A DNA stretch of 61,716 bases, filler included, from Vannella sp. (Eukaryota): NCBI GenBank assembly GCA_023345925.1. It is 6 parts of 6 records of this genome, joined end to end, with 100 filler letters (N's around TTAATTAATTAA, not from the genome) between each part and the next. Parts side by side here need not be neighbours in the genome. Positions count along the whole stretch, not along the records: positions 19,955 to 31,371 come from JAJQQN010001363.1; positions 31,472 to 44,161 come from JAJQQN010000976.1; 4 more parts are not named here. One strand, 5' to 3'. Below, one piece after another: positions 22,595-33,467 of this stretch. Under the pieces are notes generated by a model. It was not told the origin of the DNA and did no database searches. It saw only the letters and a program-made list of their open reading frames with translations. The position numbers and the translations under genes were made by a program. Every line of letters begins with the position of its first letter. Position 1 is the stretch's first letter.

Positions 22595-24322
22595 TCATTT
22601 CGGAGGTGTGGAAGGGATGCCGCGCATGTACGCAGGAACACTGCTCTCAGCTATGGGAGTCGGTGGAGAAGCGAAACTGGCGTATGAGTGAGCTGAAGGA
22701 GCAGGGTTTGCACCTCCACTTTGCACCAAGACGGAAGTGTAGGACGCACTGCTGGGTCCGGATGGGTAAGAAGTGTTGCCAGAGTGGGTTGCATAAGGTG
22801 AGTCTGACGTTGCTGGATACAAGCCTGAGGGTGTTGAGCTTGGTCTTGACGCGTAAGGTGCCACAGAGACCCCCTTGATCGTAGCGTACGAGGGAAGGTT
22901 GGATTGAGACTGCGATTGTCCAAGCATGAGGGAACCTCCGGGAGCCGGTTCGTGTTGGTAACTTGTGTACGAACTCGTGGAGTAAGCTGGCGCACTAGTA
23001 GTGGGCATAGTTGCGCTGGTAGGGGTCAAAGAGGCCGATAACTGACAGTTCTCTACCAACGCATCGATCCAGTAGAGGGCCTCCTTCATTGTAGGGCGCT
23101 CTCCAGGGTTGGCACTCCAGCATGATGTTATGATCTTTGAAATAGCTTCCTTGTGAGGATGACGATGAGCGCAGATGTTGATCTGTGGGCGTTCACCTTG
23201 ATCCACGCGATCGTGGATTTCGTGGTTCCAAACCGTTTCAAGGTGGCTCCAAGGTCTCTCTTCAGAGAACACTTCGTTCATGACTACACCAAAGCTGTAG
23301 ACGTCTACCTTCGTCGTGTAGTCGTGCTTGAAGACTTCTGGTGCCATGTATGTTGGCGTTCCCATTCCCACAGTCAGGGATTCGTCAGAACGGCCCATCT
23401 GAGGGGCAATCTTCGACAAGCCAAAGTCAGCAACCACAGCGAACTGATGGGCATCCTCTCGTATCGAGTGGACGAGGCAGTTGTCCGATTTGAGGTCGCG
23501 GTGGACAATGTTGTTCTCGTGGAGGAACGTGACACCGCGTGCCACATCCCGTATGATTTTCAGCTTGACCAGCTCAGTCAGGCGTCCTTTGTTCTGCCTG
23601 AGAATGTGTGTGAGGTCCCCTGAGTCGACAAACTCGGTGACGATGTACAGTTTGGGATCGCCGCTTGCCTTGCGGAAGATGCCAAGTAAGCGAACGCAGT
23701 AAGAGTTCCGTATCTTGCCTAACAGAAGGACTTCACGCTCGATCTCGTCCTTATTCTCCATCGAAAGGGCTTCTTTGATGGCGACCGGGGAACCAGCCAT
23801 TGTACCCTTCCACACTTTGCCAAAGGCTCCAGAACCTATCACTTGGTCCATTTGAATCAGAGCAGGGTCGATCAGCCACTGATTCAGCTCCCTGTTCCTC
23901 TGATGTGAGAGAAATGATGAGTTTGGGTGTGTTCCTCTCTTACTTGGCAATTTGACATCGTTTGAAAGCTTCAAGCCAGTGCAGAGCTGTATCTTTCTCT
24001 TTGAAGCCGAGCTCCAGGAACCCTCCTTCCCGGAGATGGATTTGAATGATTTGTATGCCTTTCGATCCCTCTCGGCTCTCTGCACCAGTGATGTTGTCAC
24101 ATGGTACGAAGTGACTTCCCATTGGGTCCTTGAGAAGCATCAGTTAGCTCCAGCCAACACCAAAGGGAAACGGGAACGCGAACGTACACTCTCCCTCTTA
24201 TACAAGGTAAGCGAGTCCGCCGTGAGCGTGGCAAACTCAACGACCTTCTTCGGATGTCTCTTCAGCAGCCCCTGCGCTGACTTCCAAATATAAACGGGTT
24301 GCCTGTGGTTCAGACCCGCCAT
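22595..24322 (-). CDS. PH-domain + tyrosine-kinase-like (TKL) protein kinase
   Basis: IGSGAFGKV, VAIK, HRDLKSDN, DFG, GTPTYMAPE; N-terminal exons LTLYK and FKEKDTALHWLEAF are PH-like. Confidence 0.9.
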
Positions 24323-24461
24323 GGAGAGAGGGCGACCAACTTATGAAAGAATCCACCAATCACATCCCGCCATCAAAAAAAGGATTTTTTGGTCCTCTCA
24401 GTGATTTTTTGGTCCTCTCATAATGTATTTTGTATCTGGGCACCTGTCATTATTTGCTGGG

Positions 24462-25384
24462 ATGGATTTGAAGCTGGTGTTGAACCAATCTGCTTTGGTG
24501 AAGGGAGAGAAGGAAAAGGAGGAAGAAGAGGGAACATCGAGCTCAGAAAGCGAGGGAAGTATGGACGATGATAGTGACCAGGACTTCTCTTCAGTACAGC
24601 GCTCGACGAGGAACCCTACTGGCGCAAGGCGAATGACGCGAGGGTTGATGAAGGAGATCAGCGGGGATGCACCTTCTTCACCCATGGCTCATCAAGGGGC
24701 TACCAAAACGATCAAGAAGACCAGAAAGAAGCGGCAGCATGTGCAGATCTCGCGAATGGGGAACAGCCCAACCGCTCTCTCTCCTTGTTTTGACGATTCC
24801 TCGCAAGGAGTCACTCAAATTAAGGTACCATGGCTATCAAAACTTGACAGCACAGCGTCTAATCACTCTAGCTAGACCAGACATGCTGCTGCTTCGTGCT
24901 ATCCAGTCCATAAGATCCCCAAACTCCTCCAAAAGACACTTCAGAGCTTTCCTGAAGAAAAGCGGGTCAGACCAGTCATTGGACAATCGTTTCGTGTCTC
25001 TCATATGAACCCCAGAGCAAGATTGATTACTACGAGCTCCAGAACTTGACAATCGAAATGGTTTTGGATGTGAATCGCTTTGGGTTGAAAGGTGCGCTTC
25101 TCTCTTGGCCGCAGTCGATACAAAACGTCTCATTCGTGACAGCCTCATCCAAAACTCTGGTAGAGGCAATGGTAGAACGGATAATGGAGGACCGAAAGGA
25201 ATTGACATCAGACAATAAGGCTCTGATACGAAAATCCAAGTCCGTAACGTATTGGCACGACCAAAAATACGTTGCTACAGTGATTGAAAGGTACCGGGAG
25301 CAAATGGCCACGGAGGAGATGGAACAGAAAAGGAGTTATCTCAATACCAAGTTTGCGTGGACTGAAAGAGACGTTCAAAAGTGA
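24462..25384 (+). CDS. Hypothetical protein (acidic/basic N-terminus, probably nuclear)
   Basis: Three consecutive ORFs linkable by GT-AG introns. Confidence 0.55.
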
Positions 25385-25391
25385 GAGGACT

Positions 25392-25820
25392 TCAATGTAA
25401 CACCCAAAAGGCTGATACAGGGGCAGATTCAAAGAGGCCTACGAACGATTTGGAGACGGTCCCAACGCAAACAAGCTGATTGCCACTCATATCGGGAATG
25501 GTGAGATGAGATCTGAACCTCCGTACTCTTTCCTCACCTTCTGAAATAGGAGTCCACCCAAACCACGTGAGCCACTTTAAGAAAAAGTGGAAACGGACTC
25601 TCAAAGGGGGCGAAATGGAAATGTCTCTTGAAGAGGACGACCAAGAAACCCAAGAGACCCAATAGTCCACCAGTCCTTCATTCCCAAAGAGGAGAGGAAG
25701 GTAGATAGAGTAGATAAACAAAGCGTATGAAGCAATCCTCACTTCTATGAACTCAGGTAGAGAGGAAGAGGAAGAGGACCCAAACGTCGTCCGCCCATTG
25801 ATTAGAATCGTAGTGGCCAT
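25392..25820 (-). CDS. Small hypothetical membrane protein (intron-containing; 3' end uncertain)
   Basis: ATG at 25820, hydrophobic exons and splice-like sites. Confidence 0.35.
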   Translation of the reverse strand: MATTILINGRTTFGSSSSSSLPEFIEVRIASYALFIYSIYLPLLFGNEGLVDYWVSWVSWSSSSRDISISPPLRVRFHFFLKWLTWFGWTPISEGEERVRRFRSHLTIPDMSGNQLVCVGTVSKSFVGLFESAPVSAFWVLH

Positions 25821-25896
25821 CTATTCAGTGCCATGAAGTTTCAGAGGCGAGTAAGAGGGCTTTGTATTGATTTGAAGTGATTCTGGAGCATTTCTC

Positions 25897-26473
25897 ATGC
25901 AACCCGATGGCAGTGCTGCATCCGAACAGGAACCTGAAATAGTGGTTGTAGCGAGTGTGGTTGATCTCAGCACTGTGTGGTATGCTTGTAAGAAGTGTAG
26001 GACCAAGGTATTCCGAGGGAGTGACATCGATCCGCACTCTCCAGGCCTGGGACAGTCTTCTTTCTCGTGGAACAAACGAGTTAGCACTGATCCGTACGGC
26101 TCCTTACTCGTACGCTCTTGTGTTGATCTCATTGATGTTATAGAGATATAGAGTGCTCATCTCACTTTATCAGCCAAGCCATGGAGTGGATGGGCAGCAT
26201 GGAAGAAGCAGAAGGAAAGTTGGAATGTCCTCGATGCCAATGTCGCATCGGTTCTTACACTTGGCATGGAGCTCAATGCTCATGCGGGTACGCATCTTAC
26301 CCACTCTTTACTTCGATCTACTCTTACCATCCTCTGATAGCCACTGGATGACGCCAGCTCTTCAAGTTCTCCAAAAGAGAGTCGACAGCGTCAAACCCGC
26401 TCTCAATGTCCGCATGCCTCGCGGTCTCAAGCCTCGCTTGGATACTGTAGTCACAACTACCAATGAACCATAA
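25897..26473 (+). CDS. Stand-alone YVH1/DUSP12-type zinc-binding domain protein
   Basis: YACKKCR..F...H, CSSHFI..MEWM, GKLECPRC..RIGSY.W.GAQCSCG.WMTPALQ. Confidence 0.85.
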
Positions 26474-26633
26474 ACAGCTCCAGTTCCCCAACGACCAAAC
26501 GTGGACGAAGCAGGAATCGGACGAGAACGAAAATTGTCGGAACTGGCCGACGTGGAGGAGACGACGTGGCAAGGGAAGAGTGTCCTCTTGACTTGTTCCC
26601 ATCCATTGGTCATTCCTAGTTGTCCCTTCCTCG

Positions 26634-27236
26634 ATGACAGCCTCTCCACTCCTCGTTCTGGTGACCTTGGCGCTTGTTTTGAGCGAGATCCGGGCCCAGC
26701 CCCAGCAGTTCTCATTCACAGTGTTTGAAGAGTGTTTCCTTGAGCCAGCTTCGTCTCTAGTGACCGTGGAAGCGGCTTCCTTGCGAGTGGTTCAGTCTCC
26801 CAACCATCGGCTGGGCTTCCAAGTGAGCGTGAACCTCACAGTTCACGCGGATTCAGCATGGAATGATCCTCTAGTGACCAACTTGAGAGTGTGGAATGCT
26901 GAGTCAGGCGATCGGTACAAGTATGGCGACCAGGATGCTTGTTGCAGCTTCTTCCTCCATGACCAAGGACAGTGTAGAGAAGAGGGCTCTCCCACGCATT
27001 GTCCTCTTTCAGAAGGAAGGAAGAGTGGAATGATTGAACGGCTCTTCGCTGAAGAGCGCGCAGGATCATTCGAAGCGCAACTACAGCTTCTTCAAGTCTT
27101 CTCTGATAACCGTGAAGAGCTTGTTTGTATCGCCATCCCGTTCACCATCTCTGAGGAGTTCCTGACTCAGTTCCAACAAGAAAGGAGAGAGAAACGAGGT
27201 CCCCAACCCCATTCCCAGCCCATCCTTCTTCTCTAA
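26634..27236 (+). CDS. Secreted ML-domain-like (MD-2/NPC2) lipid-binding protein
   Basis: Signal peptide; Cys spacing DAC...CPL..G...LVCI. Confidence 0.55.
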   Translation: MTASPLLVLVTLALVLSEIRAQPQQFSFTVFEECFLEPASSLVTVEAASLRVVQSPNHRLGFQVSVNLTVHADSAWNDPLVTNLRVWNAESGDRYKYGDQDACCSFFLHDQGQCREEGSPTHCPLSEGRKSGMIERLFAEERAGSFEAQLQLLQVFSDNREELVCIAIPFTISEEFLTQFQQERREKRGPQPHSQPILLL

Positions 27237-27473
27237 CCCTCTAGTAATGAATACAAACCACTCCTTCCTCTTCCTGGTAGCTTATCAGTCCCAAAGGCTC
27301 GACCAAAGCGGCCGAATTGAGCCTCACGAGACAATCACACAAACCGGCCTTTTCACGGGTCCTTAGGCAACAACTCAATGGATTCTAGGCACCCAAGCTC
27401 GAGGAGGAAATGATGTAAAAGTGTTGGAAATGAAAGGAGAGTGGGAAGGACCTCGAATCTGAGCCACTTTGTC

Positions 27474-29879
27474 CTAAGTGCTGTACTTACGCAGGATTCG
27501 TTGGATCACTTGGCGGGTAACTTGATTGTAGCATGAAAGTTCAGAGAGGCACCCGTAAACGATACCGTTTGGGTTGCGAATGCCCAAGCCAGTCCACAAG
27601 GCTCGGACGACAGTCTCCTTTGCTGGTTTGGAGGATTTGCACGCGAGGAAGTGTGATCTCCATTCCTTGGCCACAGAAAGGGGCATACCACTGCAATGGT
27701 GATCGATGATTCTCTCCAGCTGCTCCGGGGAAAGGTAAGAGATCAGTTCTGAGATATCCTTGACCTCCGACACATCGTGAGGAAACTGTTCTCTCAAGTA
27801 GGCATTGAACTCCTCCAATGTATGAACCGGTTCCAAGTAGCTGGAATGGGGACGGTCAAAGAGATCAGAGCCAGATGATTCATTCAGATCAATTTCGAGA
27901 TAATGAAACTCTTTCAAAGGGAAATCACTTCCCCATTTCCCCTTCAGCGCCGCTGGAGAAATGGCCCACTCCTTGTTCTTCATTTCTTTTGGTCTGACCA
28001 TCACAAACAGGCAGCCAGCGAATACCTTTGGACCGCTCCAATACAGAGGAATTAAGAAATCAGCGAATTCAGCTTCCTTGTTCATGAGGATCGCTGCACA
28101 ACGGTGGAGAGCGCAATGAACATCAGCAGCTCGAAGAGGGTTGCTAGAAAAGTCCCAGAAGTGATTGAAGAACAAGCAAAGCTGACCTTTGCTGATACCA
28201 AGTCCTGTTCCAAGAGAAGTTGTCCGATTGCGAAAGGAGCCAAGGAAGTTGTAAAGAGAAACGTCGTTAGCGGAATATCTCTCTGGAGATAAGAAATGCT
28301 CTCTGACTGGAGAGAAAGCAAGAACGCAAGAGTCAAACATGTGGAGCAACATCAACTGGGACACGGTGATTCCAATCTGAATCCATGCAAGTTGCTTCCG
28401 GCGAAGAGCCTTTCCGAAATGGCGGTAGTGCTCGGCAAATGTAGTTTCACTGCAAGCTGCAGCCTCAGCTACCACTGGCTCCGAAAGGAACTGACACACC
28501 TCAAGGGTGGTTCCAGCAAAGTTGCCGTCAGAAAAGGTGGCCAAAGAGAACTGCACCAACTCGGAAGCTAAGTTCCAGTCCACCACTCTGAGGTTCACTC
28601 GAGAAGCAATCAAGGCAAGATTCTTCTTTTGCTCATCAAGAGTTGAGGTGAGTGCTGATTGGACACAAGACATGGCTTCTTCTTTGCCAGAAGCTCTCAG
28701 TACATGGTTCCAAAGAGGCCGACCAAATAGAGACAGATAAGCCCAGTCTAGGTGGATAGGAAGGTATGAACAATCGTCTGGGAAACCGAAGTCGCAGAAG
28801 ATACTGGAGAACATCGGAATTGGGGCGACATACAGCATTCTGACTCTTTTGTTCTCTTTTCCACCTGATATTGCTCTGCAATTGGAGGAGTCAAGAGTGC
28901 GATCTGCAAGGAGAACAGCAATCCTCGTAGATGCGGTCCTCTGCTGGAGTCCAATCATCAGAAGGTCCAAAGCATTCTCAACAGGACCTGCAGATTCTCC
29001 TCTCTGCTCTATACTCGTTTGTAGGTCGGAGAGCCACTGAGCTTGGTCGATACAAATCAATCTAATATCATTATCGGAATCTCCAAAGCAGGAATCGCTG
29101 ATGACATCGAGCAATGAGATAATCTCTGCCACAGCTTTCTCATAGTCTCTCAGAGAACAGGCCAGCAGAAGCTTCTCTTTGATTGATATATCCTCCTCCT
29201 CCGAACCTCTTCGATGGAGATTCTCGAGGTGTTCTTCTGGTTCTAGTTGTATGAAGGTGGAGGAGAATTGCCGGCAAATCATGTGCATCAGAGTTGTCTT
29301 CCCTGAAGCAACGCTCTGCACCATCGATACACAAGGAACTGCAGGCACTCCAGTACTGTAAAAGCCCTCAGAGACTTGTTTGATGAAGTCGGAAAGCCGT
29401 CCAACGAGATTGCAGGGGTCAAGGTTGAGAGGGGAGACTTCTCCCAAAAGTAGGGGCTCAATGGAGGTCCGCTCAACATAGAGGTCAATGTTCCAGTGAC
29501 CCCGTAATGCGTCACTCCACAGCAGTGGGTCCTCCCCAGAGATGAGGCAAGCGAGCCTGAATGCAGTTTCTGAGTGGCACTTATACAGTACGTTGGCTTG
29601 TAATAGCATCTGAAAGGTGAGGAGGCCTTCTTGTGGAGGGACTGAAGCAGGTGCAATAGCAGTGTGAGGTTGAGAAGGGACAGAGATTGAGCTCTCTTCA
29701 GAGCTTGGAGAAGGGTGATCCTGGGAAGGGCTTCTTTTCTGACTTTTCCTACGACGAGTTGGTCTCTTTGCAGCAGATCTTCGAGGCATCTTGACTGGCA
29801 CGAGCTTGAGACGAGCGAAACTGGCACTGATGAAAGTATCTGACAAATATCTTGCCTCTGACTCTAAAGTCTCCTCCAT
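27474..29879 (-). CDS. Crinkler (CRN)-related P-loop NTPase with degenerate restriction-endonuclease-like domain
   Basis: Intronless ~800 aa; SMVQSVASGKT Walker A, LICIDQA Walker B, FGRPLW, SEPVVAEAA, FNHF, DFLIP. Confidence 0.65.
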   Translation of the reverse strand: MEETLESEARYLSDTFISASFARLKLVPVKMPRRSAAKRPTRRRKSQKRSPSQDHPSPSSEESSISVPSQPHTAIAPASVPPQEGLLTFQMLLQANVLYKCHSETAFRLACLISGEDPLLWSDALRGHWNIDLYVERTSIEPLLLGEVSPLNLDPCNLVGRLSDFIKQVSEGFYSTGVPAVPCVSMVQSVASGKTTLMHMICRQFSSTFIQLEPEEHLENLHRRGSEEEDISIKEKLLLACSLRDYEKAVAEIISLLDVISDSCFGDSDNDIRLICIDQAQWLSDLQTSIEQRGESAGPVENALDLLMIGLQQRTASTRIAVLLADRTLDSSNCRAISGGKENKRVRMLYVAPIPMFSSIFCDFGFPDDCSYLPIHLDWAYLSLFGRPLWNHVLRASGKEEAMSCVQSALTSTLDEQKKNLALIASRVNLRVVDWNLASELVQFSLATFSDGNFAGTTLEVCQFLSEPVVAEAAACSETTFAEHYRHFGKALRRKQLAWIQIGITVSQLMLLHMFDSCVLAFSPVREHFLSPERYSANDVSLYNFLGSFRNRTTSLGTGLGISKGQLCLFFNHFWDFSSNPLRAADVHCALHRCAAILMNKEAEFADFLIPLYWSGPKVFAGCLFVMVRPKEMKNKEWAISPAALKGKWGSDFPLKEFHYLEIDLNESSGSDLFDRPHSSYLEPVHTLEEFNAYLREQFPHDVSEVKDISELISYLSPEQLERIIDHHCSGMPLSVAKEWRSHFLACKSSKPAKETVVRALWTGLGIRNPNGIVYGCLSELSCYNQVTRQVIQRILRKYST

Positions 29880-30224
29880 CAATCACTAACATTCAAGAAT
29901 AGATTTTTGTTGTCTATTCTTATCTAAAGCAGCTTTAAACATGATATGGGACAACAATCATTTATTCCCGCTCTGTTCTCTTGTTTCGCTTCAGACGGTC
30001 TGCAACGTGGCAGACCAGTATCTAAGGTATCATACGACATTCCATCAGCCTGTAGAGTAACATCGTTGTTGGATGTGGCTTTGAACGTTCCCGCATCGAA
30101 AAATAGGAAGCCTGAAGGTCACGAACCGTGTTGTGCACATCTCTGGAGCGTTTGGCCACTTCTGGGCACGCCGAAGCACCTTTTAGACAATAAACCGATC
30201 ATTATCACGTTCCCCCACTCCTCC

Positions 30225-31188
30225 ATGAGAGGGAGGACCACGTTCAGGCGACTGGCGCTGCTTCTGGTGTTCTTCTTGACTGCTTTGGTGTATCTAAATG
30301 TGGGTAGTCATAATACCTCTCTTCCAGAGATCACAGGCCCTGCAACGTTCCATGTTGTCCACACAAACGCCTCGTGGAGGCGAACGATCATTGTTGGAGA
30401 TGTCCACGGTTGCTATCAGGAGTTGAGAGAGCTTTTAACCTCTCTGAACTTTGATAGGAAACAAGATCGCTTAGTATTCACGGGAGACTTAGTCGGAAAG
30501 GGGCCTGAAACACAGAAAGTCGTTCAGTTCGCTTTGGAAGTTGGCGCTCTGAGCGTCCGTGGCAATCACGAGGAGGTCTTTGTGCGTTACTATCGTGCTG
30601 TAGTCTCTAGAGACAAGCAGATTCCCCTCCCTCGCATGCTAGATAGCTACCTGAAGATCGCAAAGAGTTTCACCCCCGATCAATGGCGCTACATCCTCGA
30701 GATGCCGCTCTTTCTGGAGCTTCCTGACATGAATTCCATCGTTGTTCATGCGGGACTGGTTCCTGGAACACCCCTCGTGGATCAGGTGAGCTTTGTTCCT
30801 CCCTCTCCGCCTCACTGACTGGGGATGAAAGGATCCGTTCCTCCTGATGAACATGCGCAATGTCAGGTTCGATGGGCAAGGTACAAAGAGAGCGGACACC
30901 GGTCAACCCTGGATTGAGGCTTGGGACGGTCCAGAAACCGTTTTCTTTGGTCATGACGCCATGCGCGGTCTTCAATTCCGCAAAGATCGAGCCACTCGTC
31001 GCTTCCTGGCTATTGGACTGGACACGGGTGCTTGTTATGGTAACTTACTTACCGCTTTCGTCCATCCAGACTGCACCTTCGTGCAGAAGAGTGCACACAA
31101 AGTGTATTCTCCACCGGACAAACCGCTTCAAAAGTTCCTGCCATTGAAAGAGCAGCCATGCGAATCACACATTGAAGGATTCAACTAA
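30225..31188 (+). CDS. Type II membrane metallophosphoesterase (ApaH-like / yeast Ppn2-like)
   Basis: N-terminal TM; GDVHGC, GDLVGKGP, RGNHE, VHAG, FGHDA, GLDTGACYG. Confidence 0.85.
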
Positions 31189-31371
31189 AGCATGTTCCAA
31201 CACCATCAGAAACGCCAAAAGGGACATCATCCGGGAGAATGAGCCGGAACTCAGTCAGAAGGCATCTTTGACTCGTTTGGCTTCTTTCAAATGACCAGGC
31301 AGAAAGCCCCGTTCTAACGGTCAGACCCTGAAAGAGTCCATTTTGAAGTGCATTCCGGATGGTTCAAGGTC

Positions 31372-31471
31372 NNNNNNNNNNNNNNNNNNNNNNNNNNNNN
31401 NNNNNNNNNNNNNNNTTAATTAATTAANNNNNNNNNNNNNNNNNNNNNNNNNNNNNNNNNNNNNNNNNNNN
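31372..31471. other. Artificial contig-joining spacer
   Basis: N44-TTAATTAATTAA-N44. Confidence 0.97.
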
Positions 31472-31890
31472 GGACTGACCACGACGTTTCCATCACCGGA
31501 TTCATCCCCTTCGATGAGGAGTTCTAGTTTGACTGTGCAGTTCTTACACTCGCCTATAGGGTAGTGTGCAACTTAGAATGGGGACAGAAGGGAAGAGAGG
31601 GGAGTAGTCTCTGGCGTACCATCGCAGTCGCAGTCGCGAGTGTACTGAAAACTGTCGATTGCGTCTGAAGTCAGCGGAATGAGGCCGAGGCGATGAGCAA
31701 TGAACTCATCATTGAGACAGCTTTCATTCCTGTGGATCTCCACAATATCAATGCACATGGTAGGCACTTCACAGATCATCACCCTCCGCAGAGAGTTTGC
31801 CATGCTCAAGTCCGTCCCTGACAGCGTAAAAGTTGCCACAAGTTTGTCAACATTCATGTTCGACACGGTCGCAGGTCGCACCAAAGCCAT
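31472..31890 (-). CDS. POLR2C: RNA polymerase II subunit RPB3 (3' truncated)
   Basis: [39 protein letters not shown]. Confidence 0.93.
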
Positions 31891-32018
31891 CTCCCAACAC
31901 GCCCTCGAACGGCTCCCAACAAAAAATGAACTCTCCGACCACTCCCTGTCTGTTCTATCTGATTTTATTTGTTTTTTAATCGGATGAATGGAAAAGGGTC
32001 ATTCTGCAGTGGCCTAGG

Positions 32019-33387
32019 ATGGATGGAAACGGGCGCTTTTATGCTTCTGGAGCGAGTGGTTATCATCAGTGTGAGTGTGTAGAGATGAGGGTGATCGGTT
32101 CTGAAGTGTGGGGGTAGCTATGCACCCCACTACGATGCATAATGGAGGGAGGCCGCCCTTCTCAGGGACTGTGGCCCCGGGAGGAAGTGGTATGTACGGC
32201 GTGTATACAGGTGCCCCTTCAAGTGGGTATCTGCAACAAAACATGGGTTCGACGGCCCCAACGCGTCCCACCTCGCAACACATCGCTCCTTCAGACCCTC
32301 GCGCAGCTTCTTCCATGATGGCGAGCTCCTCAGCGGCCCCTCGCATGATGCCGAGTTCTATGGGTAATGTACCATCAAGGTATCCATCAATGGCAGCGCC
32401 AACTGGTCGCAGTGGCTACAATCCAGCTCAGATGCCAACGTACCAACCTACACCTTCCTCTTGTTCGTTACTCGCTCCTCTCTCTGGATCCTCCACTGGC
32501 TCACACATACATGGGGTATAGATGGACAGCACATGAACTTTATGCCTTCATCTCAGCGTGTAAACACCTTTGAATCCGAGTTCCCCGCTTTAGGGTCCTC
32601 TCAAGGTGACTACTTGCCTCTCCTTTGAGTTGCTTGCCACAGGGAACCTCACAATACTCATAGGAGGAGTCTCAAAGTCACCACCACGAGAGTTTAGCTT
32701 GAACCAAGAAGAGTTCCCAGCACTCGGCGCTCCTCCGACCGCGAAGACGGGAAGATCGCCGCACCAGAGCTTCGAAGGCCAACCTGGAGCACCCCGCGAC
32801 TATCTGGAGTCCCCCATGTACTTCAACCCTCCCGAAACAACCGTACGAGCGCTCCCGCACCTCGAAAACACCGTTTCTGATCGAGGTTGGGCCCGGGACA
32901 GAAGGCAGACATGAAGTACGGCATGCAAGCTCTTCGACAGAACATGGCACACCCTACGGTACGTGACCTAGCTCGAGGAGTGGATGTTGCCAAGTTAGGA
33001 CTGGAAATCACGTCCCCCAACACCTTGTACGACTCCTTCTCATCGATCCTGATGGATCCCAGTGAAAGAGTCGTTACTGCGTCGTACAAGCTCCCAGAGA
33101 TTGGCCCTGTCCACGAAAAGGCCAACTTTGACGACGGGAGCCTCTTCTTCATGTTCTACGCAGCTCCTCGCGATCAGATGCAGTTAACAGCAAGCAGCAT
33201 GTTGTACCAACGAGGCTGGCGCTTCTACAAAAGGGACGGCCGTTGGTACCGGCCCACTGGATGGGGGACAGAAAGTGTGTCAGCCAAACGCACTAGTTTC
33301 GACTATTTCGAGCCCATGGAGTGGAAGATCCTGGTGGTAGAGAACTCTGCTCTGGACTTCCAAGACTTTGAAGTCCTCTCGTCATGA
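32019..33387 (+). CDS. CNOT2: CCR4-NOT subunit NOT2
   Basis: EFPAL motifs, YGMQAL, LARGVDVAKLGL, LFFMFY..PRDQMQL.A...LYQRGWRF NOT-box. Confidence 0.85.
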
Positions 33388-33467
33388 GACTTGGTCTAAT
33401 CCGTCCCAATGAATGATTCAACTCAGCTTCTGGCTCTCCTCTGACGCGCTGTGAGGTTTGTTTATAG

